64,000 bases of DNA from Candidatus Sulfotelmatobacter sp. (GCA_036522075.1 DATDGM010000140.1:4004-68003), one strand, 5' to 3'. Shown: positions 1 to 10,648, counted from the stretch's first letter. Translations and numbers: made by a program. The notes: generated by a model from the letters alone, not told the origin.

Positions 1-2838
1 CACGACACTGGTGACATTGCATCCAGTGCCAGGGTTAGCGTTGGGATTGCTCATCCGGCCACAGGGTACCTGGTTCGCAACATTGGCGGCGCTCTGATTT
101 ACCGTGATCCACGGAGGCTGTATGTCGAAGCCATCAAACCCAACCGGACCAGTTCCCGAGACGGCGCTTCTCGGCGCATCGTAAAAAATGCCATAGCCAC
201 CCCTGAAGACCATGTTATGCGGCAATTGCCAGGCCAGCCCGAAGCGCGGTTGAATGCCTTTGTAGGAGGGATTGTAAGTGTACCGACTGGCTCCATTTAC
301 GCCGGCAAAGACTTCGGCCCCATGCAAAACGGTTGGGCTGGGGATCCCCAATGCATTTGGCGACTTTGGTCCCCCAAGCACGCCGGTCACCAGATCGGTG
401 TTATTGAAAGTGTTGATCATGGCCAGCTGCGCCGGGTTGTATTGAATTGCAGCGAGCTTGTTGGGGTCCAGCGATTCCATGCGATTGTAGCGCTCGGTCC
501 GCGGCAGCGACAATTCATACCTCAGGCCTAGATTCAGCGTCAGCTTCGGAGTGGCATGGAAGCTATCGTTGACAAACCCGGCATAGCGCCAATTTTGCGT
601 GGACACGAAATTGTTGAACCCACGGAAACACCCGCCCGTGCCGTTGAAGCAGCCGGAGGGAGGCGGCGTGCCGTTGGTCGGATCGCCCACTCCAGCCAGC
701 ATGCTCGCCAAGTCGTCCCCTCCGTCAGCGGGAGCGCCGTTATTGTTGGTGCCGTCGATGTTCCCTGCGTCAGAGAACTCGGCTGTGCCGTTATAGCTGA
801 AGTTAAATTGCCCGGCGGGCGCGCCGGGCTGAACGTAGTTGTCGCGGGCTACGCGCGTCTCGCCGCCGAACTTGAACTCGTGCTTGCCGTGCAGCCAACT
901 GACGGTGTCGGCCACGCTTTCTGTGTCTTGCCCTTGCCTTATAACGAAAAACGTTCCTGAAAGACCCATGGAGCTGTAGGTGCCGGCCAGAACGATGTTG
1001 GGGACAGCGTTAAACAAGGTTCCGGGCTCTTCCAGACCCGCGGCGCCAAAGCACGCAGTAGCGGAGGGAGTAGCGATGCTGCAGCTCTGCCCCGGGAGGC
1101 TAAACAGATTATTCAGATCTGTTTGGAATTTACTGAAACCAATGTTCGCGCCAATACCCTGGCCGCCATAAGCGAAATTGCGGCTGCCGCCGTAGGTGAG
1201 GTTCATCAGAAGGTTGGAAGTGAAGGTTTTCGTATAGTTCACAGCGAGCAAGTGCGTATGCGAGAGCGTAGGGCCAGAGACCGAACAAGGATCGGCAAAA
1301 TTGCCGTAGCAGTTAGGGCTGTTTCCGCTACTGTAGTCCTGGCTATATTTAACGCTCACCAGGTTGCGGTCGTTGAAGTGGTGATCAACTTTAATGTCAA
1401 AAGTGTTGTCGGAACCAGGATTTACCCCCGCAAAAGAGAAATTTACTCCTCCCTCGTTCGTAGGCGTCGAGGTAGCCAGGTTGGGCTTAGCAAACAATAA
1501 GAAGAGCTTCGCCGACAGTGGATCAATCAGATTGCCCGCCCCGCCCGTCAAGCCTGCAGTTGTATAGGTGGACAAGTTGTTGAAGGGGATGGGCGTTTGG
1601 CGCGTCGAGAAGCGGCCCGTTGTATTCGCCGTCGAAAGCCCGGAATAAGGATCCCAGAGCTGACCAGACGACAACAAGACGCCGCCAGACTGGCACACGT
1701 TTGCAAAGGTGTTTCCGGTCGCAGGGTCCGTGCCAGTGCCGAATGTTCCCCCTTGCTGAGTGCAGGTTTCTTCAAAGTCGCCCAAGGCATTTCCGCCATG
1801 AGCAGCCGCAAAGGGACAGTTGCCCGAAGAATCGCCCCTCTCACACAGTGTAGGGACCGCACCGCTGGAGGAAGTAAATGATCTTATTCTGGTGGCGTCG
1901 TAATCAAAGAAGAAAAACGTCTTGTTCTTTATGATGGGCCCGCCAACCGTGCCTCCGAATTGATTTCTGCGCAACGGTACGATGGGTGACCCGGTTGCGT
2001 TCGAAAACCAGTCGTTCGCGTCCAGGATCTGATTGCGCCAGAATTCGTGCAGGCTGCCGTGAAATGCGTTCGAGCCGGACCGGGTGACGGCATTGATCAC
2101 GGTGCCGCCGGCAAAGCCGAATTCCGCGCTGAAGTTGGTTTGCTGCACCTTGAATTCCTCGATGGAATCCACCGGGGGGTTGCGGAGCACGTTATTTGTG
2201 CCGCCATTCTGCTCAATATTGGTGATGCTGGTGCCGTCCATCACGACATCCGCCGTACCATTGCGCCCGCCGTTGCCGTTGAAGTTGACCCCCGTAAACC
2301 CTTCATCGTTATGCGCGGCCTCGGCCACGGGGACGATGCCGGGAGCCAGAAAAGTTAGTTGCAGTACATCCCGGCCGACGAGCGGCAAGTTGTTGATGGC
2401 CCTCCGGTCAATCAGTTGGCCGGTCACGGCGTCCTGGGTTTGCAATTCAACGCCGCTGGCCTTCACCTCGACGGTCTGGGACGCTGCACCCACGCTCAAC
2501 CGGAAATTCACCGTCGCATTCAGATTGACGGTGATGATCAAGCCATCTTTGCGCTCATTCTCGAACCCTGCCGCCTCGGCCGATACGCTATAGGTGGCCG
2601 GCGGGATGCTGCGCAGAAGATAGTGACCCGCACCGTCCGTGGTCCCCGGGAAAGCGAATCCTTTGTCCACGTCGGTCGCGACGATATGCGCTCCCGGTAA
2701 CACTGCGCCCGAGGGGTCAGTCACGGTGCCCGCAATAGAGCCGGTGTAGAGTTGCGCGTTGGCAGAGACCGCGAAACCCATAAGCGACGCGCAAATCACG
2801 ACCCAGGGGTACACCGACAATGCGGAACATTTGCGCAT
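1..2838 (-). CDS. TonB-dependent outer-membrane receptor with N-terminal carboxypeptidase-regulatory-like domain (Oar-like); 3' end runs off the window
   Basis: The minus-strand frame is open from ATG at 2836-2838 (GGAGG 5 nt upstream) to position 1. It is missing from the ORF track only because no stop lies in the window. My translation starts MRKCSALSVYPWVVICASLMGFAVSANAQLYTGSIAGTVTDPSGAVLPGAHIVATD..., i.e. a signal peptide followed by the same SIAGTV.D..GAV.P.A domain as the 7088..10648 receptor. A later ...FHGSLHEFWRN... stretch resembles that receptor's FHGEGFGFYRD region. Confidence 0.85.
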   Translation of the reverse strand, partial: MRKCSALSVYPWVVICASLMGFAVSANAQLYTGSIAGTVTDPSGAVLPGAHIVATDVDKGFAFPGTTDGAGHYLLRSIPPATYSVSAEAAGFENERKDGLIITVNLNATVNFRLSVGAASQTVEVKASGVELQTQDAVTGQLIDRRAINNLPLVGRDVLQLTFLAPGIVPVAEAAHNDEGFTGVNFNGNGGRNGTADVVMDGTSITNIEQNGGTNNVLRNPPVDSIEEFKVQQTNFSAEFGFAGGTVINAVTRSGSNAFHGSLHEFWRNQILDANDWFSNATGSPIVPLRRNQFGGTVGGPIIKNKTFFFFDYDATRIRSFTSSSGAVPTLCERGDSSGNCPFAAAHGGNALGDFEETCTQQGGTFGTGTDPATGNTFANVCQSGGVLLSSGQLWDPYSGLSTANTTGRFSTRQTPIPFNNLSTYTTAGLTGGAGNLIDPLSAKLFLLFAKPNLATSTPTNEGGVNFSFAGVNPGSDNTFDIKVDHHFNDRNLVSVKYSQDYSSGNSPNCYGNFADPCSVSGPTLSHTHLLAVNYTKTFTSNLLMNLTYGGSRNFAYGGQGIGANIGFSKFQTDLNNLFSLPGQSCSIATPSATACFGAAGLEEPGTLFNAVPNIVLAGTYSSMGLSGTFFVIRQGQDTESVADTVSWLHGKHEFKFGGETRVARDNYVQPGAPAGQFNFSYNGTAEFSDAGNIDGTNNNGAPADGGDDLASMLAGVGDPTNGTPPPSGCFNGTGGCFRGFNNFVSTQNWRYAGFVNDSFHATPKLTLNLGLRYELSLPRTERYNRMESLDPNKLAAIQYNPAQLAMINTFNNTDLVTGVLGGPKSPNALGIPSPTVLHGAEVFAGVNGASRYTYNPSYKGIQPRFGLAWQLPHNMVFRGGYGIFYDAPRSAVSGTGPVGFDGFDIQPPWITVNQSAANVANQVPCGRMSNPNANPGTGCNVTSVV

Positions 2839-3293
2839 GACGACCTCCCTAATCACGTCGTTCGGGCCCTCAGGCCGAAGCAGCAAACAGCCGCAACGGC
2901 CCGAAAGGCCAATATTAAAACGGTTCATTATGCTCTTTGAGCAGGCCCTATCGTCAAGTACGTTTTTTGTAATATTCTGGCCCGCGAACCCCTCGACAAC
3001 GAGCTTCAGGGAAAGTTGAACCTGACGGGGTTCGTAGGCGGCGTTGTGGGAAGTTGCAAAGGGGGCTCCGCCGGATAGCTCAGTTGGTAGCCGAATCGAG
3101 TGCTCAGGTCACTCCGGTTTGATCATGGCCCGCATCAACTGATTCTGGGCAAGCCTTTTGTCCCGATGTCTGGAATTGTACTGCTGCCAGCTTGTCCAAC
3201 CACCAGCTGTGTGATCTTGGCGAGAGTTGTGGGGTCGGCACCGTAAAACGTCCGCGACTGCTAAGATTGTTCGCTGTCCGATAAAGACATCCT

Positions 3294-5546
3294 ATGGCTA
3301 GTTCGCGTCGTACTTTTTTGGAGATGACCGTCGGCGCGGCCGCGTTGACGGTGGTTCGTCCTCTGGCGCACGCAATCGCGCTGACTGGTCAAAATGCAAC
3401 TTCGCCTGCAGCGGATGCGGCGGTAGCCTGGGTACGCGCAGCGCCCGCCCAGGTCGTCAACTCTTTCGATCCCGATCAGGCCCTCGCGACATCGATGGAC
3501 ATTCAGTCACGCGCCTCGATCAATAAGATATACACCCCCGAAAATGTAAAGGTTTGCTTGTCTGCAGGCTGGGGACCGATCAGCTATCGGCTGCATACTC
3601 CGGAGACCATCGATTATTGGCACTGGAATCCCAACGGCCGTTGGACCGACGAAACTAACCAGCGCGGATATTTCGTGGGCAGCTCGGAATTGGGCGAACC
3701 CATTCGCGATTCATTCGGCTACAGTCTCCCCCACCGCGGCTGCACGCACAATGGCGGCACCGACAGCGGCTATTCTCGCCTCACGGATGGTGATGCCAAG
3801 ACTTTCTGGAAGAGCAACCCTTACTTGACGAAAGGGTTCACCCACGAAGACGACGCTTTGCATCCGCAGTGGATCATCGTTGACCTGGGGGAATACTACG
3901 ACGTGAACGCGGTCCGTATCGACTGGTGCGAACCCAGCGCCACGGAGTACGAAATACAGTATTGGGTCGGCGCCGATCCCATGAACTGGGAAGAGCCGGC
4001 CATGGACTCCACGGGTCAGGGTGGCGAGTACCTTCCTGTCGCCGATCAGGCCATGGGCAACTGGCTTCGTTTCCCCAGCGGTGCTGTTCACGCGGGCAAA
4101 GGTGGAAGGGTAACGCTAAAACTTGCGGACAAGCTGATTTCAGCGCGTTGGGTTCGCATCGTGATGACGCAATCGTCGAATCAGCCAGGGCCGCACGGCA
4201 ACGATGACGTGCGGCACCGAGTGGGATATGCAATCTATGAAGTTGGCTTGGGCAGAGTAGAGACCGATGGCAAGTTTGCCGACTTCGTGAAACACGCGCC
4301 GGACGGCCGTAAACAGACCGCGACGTATTGCTCTTCGACAGACCCATGGCACACAGCCGAAACCCTGAGTCCGCGCGGAGACCAGACCGGCTGGGACATC
4401 TTCTTTACCAGCGGCATTACCAACGATCTACCTGCGCTCATAACGGTCCCGCTGATTTACAGCGTTCCCGAAGATGCCGCGGCTATGGTGGAGTATCTGA
4501 AAAAACGAGGCTATGCCATCAGCTGGGTCGAAATGGACGAAGAAGCCGATGGGCAGTACTACATGCCGGAGGACTATGCGGCCCTCTATATTCAATTTGC
4601 GGACGCCATTCACAGGGTCGATCCCGCCCTCAAGTTAGGCGGGCCCGTGTTCCAGGGCATTAATCAGGATGTTTCGGTCTGGCCCGATGGGCGCGGGAAC
4701 AAATCCTGGTTCGGCCGCTTTTACGATTATCTGAAATCGCACAACCGCCACGGGGACCTCACGTTCGCTTCTTTTGAAATTTATCCTTACGACGCCTGCA
4801 CCATGAAATGGGAGGATTTGTACCGTTGCCGCGAGCTGACGCGCAAGACTCTGCAGGCCTTTCGCGATGACGGATTGCCGGCTGCAATTCCGCTCATGAA
4901 CACCGAAAGCAATCTCAGCGGTTCGCTTTCCGTCTACATGTCAGATATTTTTTCGGCCCTATGGCTGGCCGACAATGTGGGCAGCTTCTTCGCCGAGGGT
5001 GGCGCGCTTTACATTCATTCGCCCATCGAGCCTAGCCTCATCGAGCATGGCTGCCAGGGTTGGGCAATCTGGGGCAACGCCCTTTGGGACCACGACGCAA
5101 AGATCATTGGCTATACCGCTTTCTACCACGCCAGCCGCCTAATCAATGATGAGTGGGTGACGCATCGCAGCGGTACTCATCATCTTCATTCTGTCGATGT
5201 GGGACTCGAGGATGCCGCCGGGAATGCTCTGGTCACAAGCTATGCGGTTCGGCGCCCAGACGGTCAGTGGGCCCTGCTGCTCATCAACAAAGATAGAGAT
5301 AATGCGCATCCCATTCGAGTTGCCTTTGAAAGCAGCGGCGCGACCGGACATTTTTCCGGCGCAATTCGCATGGTCACATTTGGCAGCGAACAGTACGTTT
5401 GGCACGGGTCGGATGCGACCGCTCACGCCGATCCAAATCTGCCGCCTGTGGTATCGTCCATCGACGTCTCTGCACAAACTGTGTTCACGCTCCCCAAAGC
5501 TTCCGTCACGGTTTTGCGCGGCGCAATCGCAGGCCTCACGGCCTAG
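3294..5546 (+). CDS. TAT-signal secreted protein with discoidin (F5/8 type C) domain and a glycoside-hydrolase-like TIM-barrel region
   Basis: 750-aa ORF. The N-terminus SRRTFLEMTVGAAALTV is a twin-arginine signal. DGDAKTFWKSNPY...WIIVDLGEYYDVNAVRIDW...YEIQYW matches the discoidin-domain pattern. The C-terminal half has hydrolase-like acidic motifs (FEIYPYD, MNTESNL). Confidence 0.75.
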   Translation: MASSRRTFLEMTVGAAALTVVRPLAHAIALTGQNATSPAADAAVAWVRAAPAQVVNSFDPDQALATSMDIQSRASINKIYTPENVKVCLSAGWGPISYRLHTPETIDYWHWNPNGRWTDETNQRGYFVGSSELGEPIRDSFGYSLPHRGCTHNGGTDSGYSRLTDGDAKTFWKSNPYLTKGFTHEDDALHPQWIIVDLGEYYDVNAVRIDWCEPSATEYEIQYWVGADPMNWEEPAMDSTGQGGEYLPVADQAMGNWLRFPSGAVHAGKGGRVTLKLADKLISARWVRIVMTQSSNQPGPHGNDDVRHRVGYAIYEVGLGRVETDGKFADFVKHAPDGRKQTATYCSSTDPWHTAETLSPRGDQTGWDIFFTSGITNDLPALITVPLIYSVPEDAAAMVEYLKKRGYAISWVEMDEEADGQYYMPEDYAALYIQFADAIHRVDPALKLGGPVFQGINQDVSVWPDGRGNKSWFGRFYDYLKSHNRHGDLTFASFEIYPYDACTMKWEDLYRCRELTRKTLQAFRDDGLPAAIPLMNTESNLSGSLSVYMSDIFSALWLADNVGSFFAEGGALYIHSPIEPSLIEHGCQGWAIWGNALWDHDAKIIGYTAFYHASRLINDEWVTHRSGTHHLHSVDVGLEDAAGNALVTSYAVRRPDGQWALLLINKDRDNAHPIRVAFESSGATGHFSGAIRMVTFGSEQYVWHGSDATAHADPNLPPVVSSIDVSAQTVFTLPKASVTVLRGAIAGLTA

Positions 5547-5561
5547 AAGGAATTCATCGAG

Positions 5562-6908
5562 ATGAAGAGTTCCAAGCATCCTGATAATCAGTCTTCTTAC
5601 TCTCGTCGCTGGTTTCTTCGTGCTTCACAGGCCGCGGTTGCCGCCCTGAGCGCTGTGCCCATGCTGGGTAGCGCGACGAACGTCCTCGCGGCTGCCGGCT
5701 CGCGTGGTTCGGCGAACAAGCCTCCGGACTACTACGACAGGCTCGGCGTGACGAAGCTGATCAACGCTGCCGGCACCTACACGGAACTCACATCGGCGGT
5801 GATGCCTTCTCCCGTGCGTGCGGCGGTCGCGCAGGCTGCGTTGCATCCCGTGCATCTTGATGAGTTGCAGCAGAAAGCAGGAGCTTATATCGCGGAAAAG
5901 CTAAAGGCCGAAGGCTGTTGCATCAGTTGCGGCGCGTCTTCAGCGATTACGCTCGCCACCGCAGCTTCGGTTATGGCCGCGAACAATTGCCATCCATTGG
6001 ACATTCCAAGCCTGATCGGCACTCCACAGTTTCCGAAGAACGAGGTCGTCGTCCAGAAAATTCATCGCTATGAGTACGACGTGGCCATGCAGATTTGCGG
6101 CATCAAGATCGTAGACGTGGTCACATTGGACGACTACAAGCAGGCGCTCGGCCCGAACACCGTGATGACCAACTATTTCAATGCGGCGGAGGACGTGGGC
6201 ATCAGCCGCGAGGATTGGATCGCCGTTGCCCACAGCAAGGGCGTCCCATGTCACCTGGATGCCGCTGCCGATATGCCCCCGATCTCAAATCTCTGGAAGT
6301 ACACAGGAATGGGATTCGACGTGGTGTCGTTCTCAGGTGGGAAGGACATCCGCGGACCGCAGAACGCCGGTCTGTTGCTGGGCAAGAAAAAATACACCGA
6401 TCTCGCTCAGCGCAATCTCTGCCCGGCAGACTCAGTCGGCCGCGGTATGAAAGTAGCCAAAGAGCAGCTTGTCGGGATGGTGGCCGCTGTGGATTGGCTG
6501 CTCACGCAAACGGATGAAGGAATGGAGAAGGAATCGCGGGAACGCATGGCAGTGATCATCGCCGCGCTAAAAGACATTCCAAACGTAAAGACCAGCATCA
6601 TGGTGCCGGAGTTGGCCAACCATGTCCCTCACCTGATGATCAATTTCGATCCGGACATCATCGGGGCTTCGGCGCGCGAGCTCAAGGTTCGCCTGCGCAC
6701 GGCAACCCCTTGCATCGAAATAAATCCTCATACCGGAAGCCAGAACCCCTCCCAGGGCGTTCCGGCGCAACCCAACGCTCTCGTGGTCACCACGTTCCTT
6801 CTGAATCCGGGAGAAGAATTCATCGTCGGCCGACAGATTCGCAAAGTGCTGAAAAATCCCAAATCCGTAGGCACGTACCCGCCGGCGCCTTCCTCGACCG
6901 CTGCCTGA
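5562..6908 (+). CDS. TAT-signal SelA/DgaE-like PLP-dependent enzyme (aminotransferase class V fold)
   Basis: 448-aa ORF starting 16 nt after the previous stop. SRRWFLRASQAAVAALSAV is a twin-arginine signal. FSGGKDIRGPQNAGLLLGKK resembles the PLP-lysine motif of the SelA/D-glucosaminate-6-phosphate ammonia-lyase family. Confidence 0.75.
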   Translation: MKSSKHPDNQSSYSRRWFLRASQAAVAALSAVPMLGSATNVLAAAGSRGSANKPPDYYDRLGVTKLINAAGTYTELTSAVMPSPVRAAVAQAALHPVHLDELQQKAGAYIAEKLKAEGCCISCGASSAITLATAASVMAANNCHPLDIPSLIGTPQFPKNEVVVQKIHRYEYDVAMQICGIKIVDVVTLDDYKQALGPNTVMTNYFNAAEDVGISREDWIAVAHSKGVPCHLDAAADMPPISNLWKYTGMGFDVVSFSGGKDIRGPQNAGLLLGKKKYTDLAQRNLCPADSVGRGMKVAKEQLVGMVAAVDWLLTQTDEGMEKESRERMAVIIAALKDIPNVKTSIMVPELANHVPHLMINFDPDIIGASARELKVRLRTATPCIEINPHTGSQNPSQGVPAQPNALVVTTFLLNPGEEFIVGRQIRKVLKNPKSVGTYPPAPSSTAA

Positions 6909-7030
6909 TTCGATCCGGTATAGACCGCGCACAGGGCAAAAGCTGAAGCAGATCGAGAAGCTCTCCAAACGGCTGCAGAGTCAAATCAACCAGTAATTGT
7001 CTGGAACGCCTCGGGCTGCTCAGGGCCACC

Positions 7031-7066
7031 GAAAACAAAAGAGCCACCAGCCGGGGCCGGTGGCTC
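7031..7066 (-). terminator. Rho-independent terminator downstream of the TonB receptor gene
   Basis: GC-rich hairpin GAGCCACC...GGTGGCTC (7041-7066), 22 nt past the minus-strand stop at 7088. On the minus strand it is followed by TTTTGTTTTC (7031-7040). It lies between convergent genes. Confidence 0.6.
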
Positions 7067-7087
7067 GAAAGACGATCACAGCAGCGT

Positions 7088-10000
7088 CTAGAAGGTGAAA
7101 CGCAGACCCCACTCAATAGCGCGAGGGGAACCGAGACCAAACACGCCAGTCCCGTTGCCCACGCGGAATACGTCGCTCTCCGGGCCGGTTTCCCCAACCT
7201 GAGTTTGCGTGTGGATGTGGTTAATCGAACTGCCAGCGTCCAGCCAGCCGTTCATTGCGCCGGGCGGCAGATTGAAGTTGGCGAAGTTAAAGAGGTTGAA
7301 GATGCCTACGCTCGGCTCGATCTTGTAACGCTCCTTGAAAGTGTGACTCCAGCTAAATTTGAAATCGAAGGCCCTGACCCACGGGAAAGTTAACTGGTCA
7401 GACGGAGCCGTAGGGAGCGTTGGAGCGACCGCGCCGATCTGCGCTAGTTGTCCCGCTGTGAACAAGCCGTTGCTCACTAGCGCTTGTCCTGCGGGCGTGG
7501 GCTGACCCGCCACGCTTGCGTTGTACCGGCCAATGGCGGCATTCAGCCCGCCCAGGCCGAAGTCACGCATGTACGAGCCGTTCTTGGTCCCCGGCATTGG
7601 CTGGCTATCAAAACCGCTGCCGCTGAAATCAGTTTGGAAGATTTGCCCACCGCTGCCGTTGCTGCCCACAATCGTGGGACTGGAGAGCGGGCTGTAAAAG
7701 TGACCGATCAGGCCAATGCGGAACTCGTACGGAATCTGGAAGCTTCCCCCAAACGAGATCTGGTTGGTGCGGTCCAACAGCGAGGGTCCCATGAATTTCA
7801 GCGGATTGTCGTTGTCCGCTGCCTGCAACACGAAATCCTGGTCGTTGGCTGACACCGGATTTGAAGGAGGGGTATTCCCTGCAAATGCTAAAGGATTCAC
7901 AAAGCGAGACAGAGAGTACGAGACTTGAAAGTTCGCTGTCTTCACTCCGCGCGTGAGATTCGTAACATTCTCCACCAGTTTCATCTGCAGCCCGTTGTAC
8001 ACCGAGCGGCTGATTGGCTCGAGGAAGAGCATTTGGCCAAAGGCGGGGTTGATGCCGCCGAAGGCACAACCGGGAGGGGGACAGGCCGAGCCGAAGTCGT
8101 TCGGGGTGCCTAGACCGTTATTTGTAAAGTTAGAGATGGTGGCTCCGGCTCCGGCGCCGTTCAACGCGGAGCAATCGTTGATGGTAGCCTGCAAGTTCCC
8201 CGAATGGCCGCAAGCGGCTTCGGTGGCTGCGATGGCCGCCGTCGCGCCGGCCGCATTAAAATGCCGCGCGGAACCGGCTTGGTTGACATCAATACCCAGC
8301 AGGGCGTGGGTCTCGATATTCCGCAGGAAGTCCACGCTTAGAACCATGCCGTGGCGGATTTCATGCTGAATTCCAACGTTCATCTGGAGTGCGCGCGGAG
8401 ACCGGTAGTTGGGGGCAAACAGGCCGATGGCAGGATTAAGCCCAGAAGCCAACTGCGAACCAATGAACGCTGGATTCTTGGCGGTCAAACTGAACGGATT
8501 GTCGGCCTGATAGGTATTCTGGAACGCAGCGAGAGCCGCAGCCGAATTGGCAATGGTGTCATTACAATAGCTTCCGGTAGGGCTAGTGGGGTCGATCCCC
8601 TCGATCCCATCCACCGTGATGTTCCCGGCAGTGAGCGTTGGAGTTGGTAGCTTCCCCTTAGTCCCGAAGCAGACAGTAGGCGTTTGCAGGAATGCTCCGG
8701 TCCGCAACCGCAGCGGCCGATCGAAGAGAACGTTGTTGTAAATAACGTTCTCATAGTACAGGCCCGCGCCGGCTCGGATCACGGTCTTGCCATTGCTCTT
8801 CGGGTCCCATGCAATTCCTAATTGGGGCGCGAAGTTTTTATTTGGTTGCTGCACTTGATTCCCAAAGCCCGGAAAAGCTGCGTTCAGCTCTGGAATCGCG
8901 GGCAGGTCGCTGTCGGTACGGCCTGTGTCGCGTTCCCAGCGCAAGCCCGGGGAAATCGTGAGGTTGGGAAAAAGTTTCCAAGTATCGCCAATGTAGAAGG
9001 CGGTGCGGTTGTCAGGTCCCAGGCCGCCGGCAGGATAGCCGAGGGCTGGTGAGGTCGTGGAGAAGCCTTGCCCATTGCCAACGATCACTTCTCCGTTGCC
9101 CACAGACGCGCTAGTCGGGTCGCTATTAGGGCCGGGGCCGAATTCGAAGACCTGGGGCGCGATCTTGAAGAAACTGGCAAAACCTCCACCTTGGATGTGG
9201 TTCCATCCAAAACCGAAGCGCAGGATGTGTTTGCCGATAACTTTGCTGCCGTCATACTTGAACTGGTGATCGCTCTGCGGAGTGGCTTGAGGAGCCAGTA
9301 AGTTGGGACCAACGGTGAAGGTTCCGATGTTGATGGCGACAGGGTAGTTCGCAAAGGGCAGGCTGCTTCCACGTACCGCATCCAGGATCCGGTTCTGAAA
9401 CTTCAAGTACGAGAAGCGGATCGAATGGGTAAACCCGCCGGTGTTGAAGTCCACACCGGCGACGTCGTTCCGTGTGTAATCCAGGTTGTTGTAAACCTGG
9501 AAGCTCGACGGAAAGAAGGTGGCGTCTACGGAATTCTTGAAATAATTGAAGCGGCCAAAGAGCCGGACATTCTTCGTGAGCGAGTAATCGACACGAGCCT
9601 GTAGCTCATCCTCTTTAAAAGGAGCCGGGAATGTGCCCGAAAAAGCGTCGTAAGGTACCGTCTCTGCTATCGGTGCAGCGAGATGCTGCAAAGTGCGTTC
9701 GCCGTCGAGGAAGAAAAACAGCTTGTCCTTAACTAGCGGGCCACCCAGGCTCCCGCCCTCCTGGTTGCGCTGATAGGGAGTCTTTATGAATGTGCCGGTA
9801 GCAGTGTCAAAGGGCTGGAGCAGCTTTGCGGCGCCCACTCGGCTGTCGCGATAAAAACCGAAGCCTTCGCCGTGAAATGCATTGGTACCAGACTTGGTGG
9901 TCACGTTCACCGCGCCGGACGACGTCAAATCGTTGGAAAGGTCAAGTGTGGATTGCGCCAGAGAGAATTCCTGAATTCCGCTAGCGGGGATATCTTCGGT

Positions 10001-10648
10001 AGTTGTGCCTACGGTCTCGTCGCTTACATCGACACCGTCAACGTTAATCCGGGCCGTGCGACCAAAACGGCCACCGAACGAAATCGACGAATAGCCGACC
10101 TTGGTGGGGTCAAAGTTTTCGCCGTCCTGGATCTGCACACCGGGCTCTAGCTGGGCGAGATCAAGAAAGTTGCGGCCGTTCACCGGCAGGTTCTCGATCT
10201 GATTCGAGGTCAAGACACCCTGCACCGTGGCCTGTTCGGTGTTGACTTGAATTTCACTGCCCTGCACCTCAATGACGGTGCTCTCCTGGCCGATTTCCAG
10301 CTTGACGGATCCGTTGGCCGCGGTGTCGACCTTCACGTCCAAGGTTAGCTGCGTGGTCTTGAAACCCTTGGCCTCGACGCGCACGCTGTAGACGCCGGGA
10401 ACTAGGTTTCCTGCCGAATAACCGCCGGACGTGTTCGAGGTGGCGTGGATGATCTGGCCGGTGGCCGCGCCAGTGATGGTGACTTTGGCGTTGGGTACGA
10501 CCGCGCCGGTGGCGTCTGCAACGGTGCCCGCGATACTGCCGGTCGCAACCGTTGTCTGGGCCAGCGCCACAGACGAGAACAGCAGGGCAAGTATGGTGAC
10601 CAGCGCCAGCAAACTAAATCGCAGACGGGGAGAATGTAAGCTCAACAT
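7088..10648 (-). CDS. TonB-dependent outer-membrane receptor with carboxypeptidase-regulatory-like N-terminal domain (Oar-like)
   Basis: The long ORF is 7088..10780. I prefer the internal ATG at 10648 (MLSLHSPRLRFSLLALVTILALLFSSVALAQ is a signal peptide, with AGGTGGA upstream). SIAGTVADATGAVVPNAKVTI is the CarboxypepD_reg-like domain, followed by plug and barrel regions. The C-terminus ends in ...WGLRFTF, typical of a beta-barrel terminus. Confidence 0.9.
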   Translation of the reverse strand: MLSLHSPRLRFSLLALVTILALLFSSVALAQTTVATGSIAGTVADATGAVVPNAKVTITGAATGQIIHATSNTSGGYSAGNLVPGVYSVRVEAKGFKTTQLTLDVKVDTAANGSVKLEIGQESTVIEVQGSEIQVNTEQATVQGVLTSNQIENLPVNGRNFLDLAQLEPGVQIQDGENFDPTKVGYSSISFGGRFGRTARINVDGVDVSDETVGTTTEDIPASGIQEFSLAQSTLDLSNDLTSSGAVNVTTKSGTNAFHGEGFGFYRDSRVGAAKLLQPFDTATGTFIKTPYQRNQEGGSLGGPLVKDKLFFFLDGERTLQHLAAPIAETVPYDAFSGTFPAPFKEDELQARVDYSLTKNVRLFGRFNYFKNSVDATFFPSSFQVYNNLDYTRNDVAGVDFNTGGFTHSIRFSYLKFQNRILDAVRGSSLPFANYPVAINIGTFTVGPNLLAPQATPQSDHQFKYDGSKVIGKHILRFGFGWNHIQGGGFASFFKIAPQVFEFGPGPNSDPTSASVGNGEVIVGNGQGFSTTSPALGYPAGGLGPDNRTAFYIGDTWKLFPNLTISPGLRWERDTGRTDSDLPAIPELNAAFPGFGNQVQQPNKNFAPQLGIAWDPKSNGKTVIRAGAGLYYENVIYNNVLFDRPLRLRTGAFLQTPTVCFGTKGKLPTPTLTAGNITVDGIEGIDPTSPTGSYCNDTIANSAAALAAFQNTYQADNPFSLTAKNPAFIGSQLASGLNPAIGLFAPNYRSPRALQMNVGIQHEIRHGMVLSVDFLRNIETHALLGIDVNQAGSARHFNAAGATAAIAATEAACGHSGNLQATINDCSALNGAGAGATISNFTNNGLGTPNDFGSACPPPGCAFGGINPAFGQMLFLEPISRSVYNGLQMKLVENVTNLTRGVKTANFQVSYSLSRFVNPLAFAGNTPPSNPVSANDQDFVLQAADNDNPLKFMGPSLLDRTNQISFGGSFQIPYEFRIGLIGHFYSPLSSPTIVGSNGSGGQIFQTDFSGSGFDSQPMPGTKNGSYMRDFGLGGLNAAIGRYNASVAGQPTPAGQALVSNGLFTAGQLAQIGAVAPTLPTAPSDQLTFPWVRAFDFKFSWSHTFKERYKIEPSVGIFNLFNFANFNLPPGAMNGWLDAGSSINHIHTQTQVGETGPESDVFRVGNGTGVFGLGSPRAIEWGLRFTF

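Noticed and set aside
3066-3125. tRNA-like stretch GCCGGATAGCTCAGTTGGTAG...GGTTTGATC in the intergenic region upstream of 3294.
   Set aside because: The D-loop consensus is present, but the D-stem 3' strand, the anticodon stem and the acceptor 3' strand do not pair when folded by hand. At most it is a relic tRNA fragment, not a functional gene.
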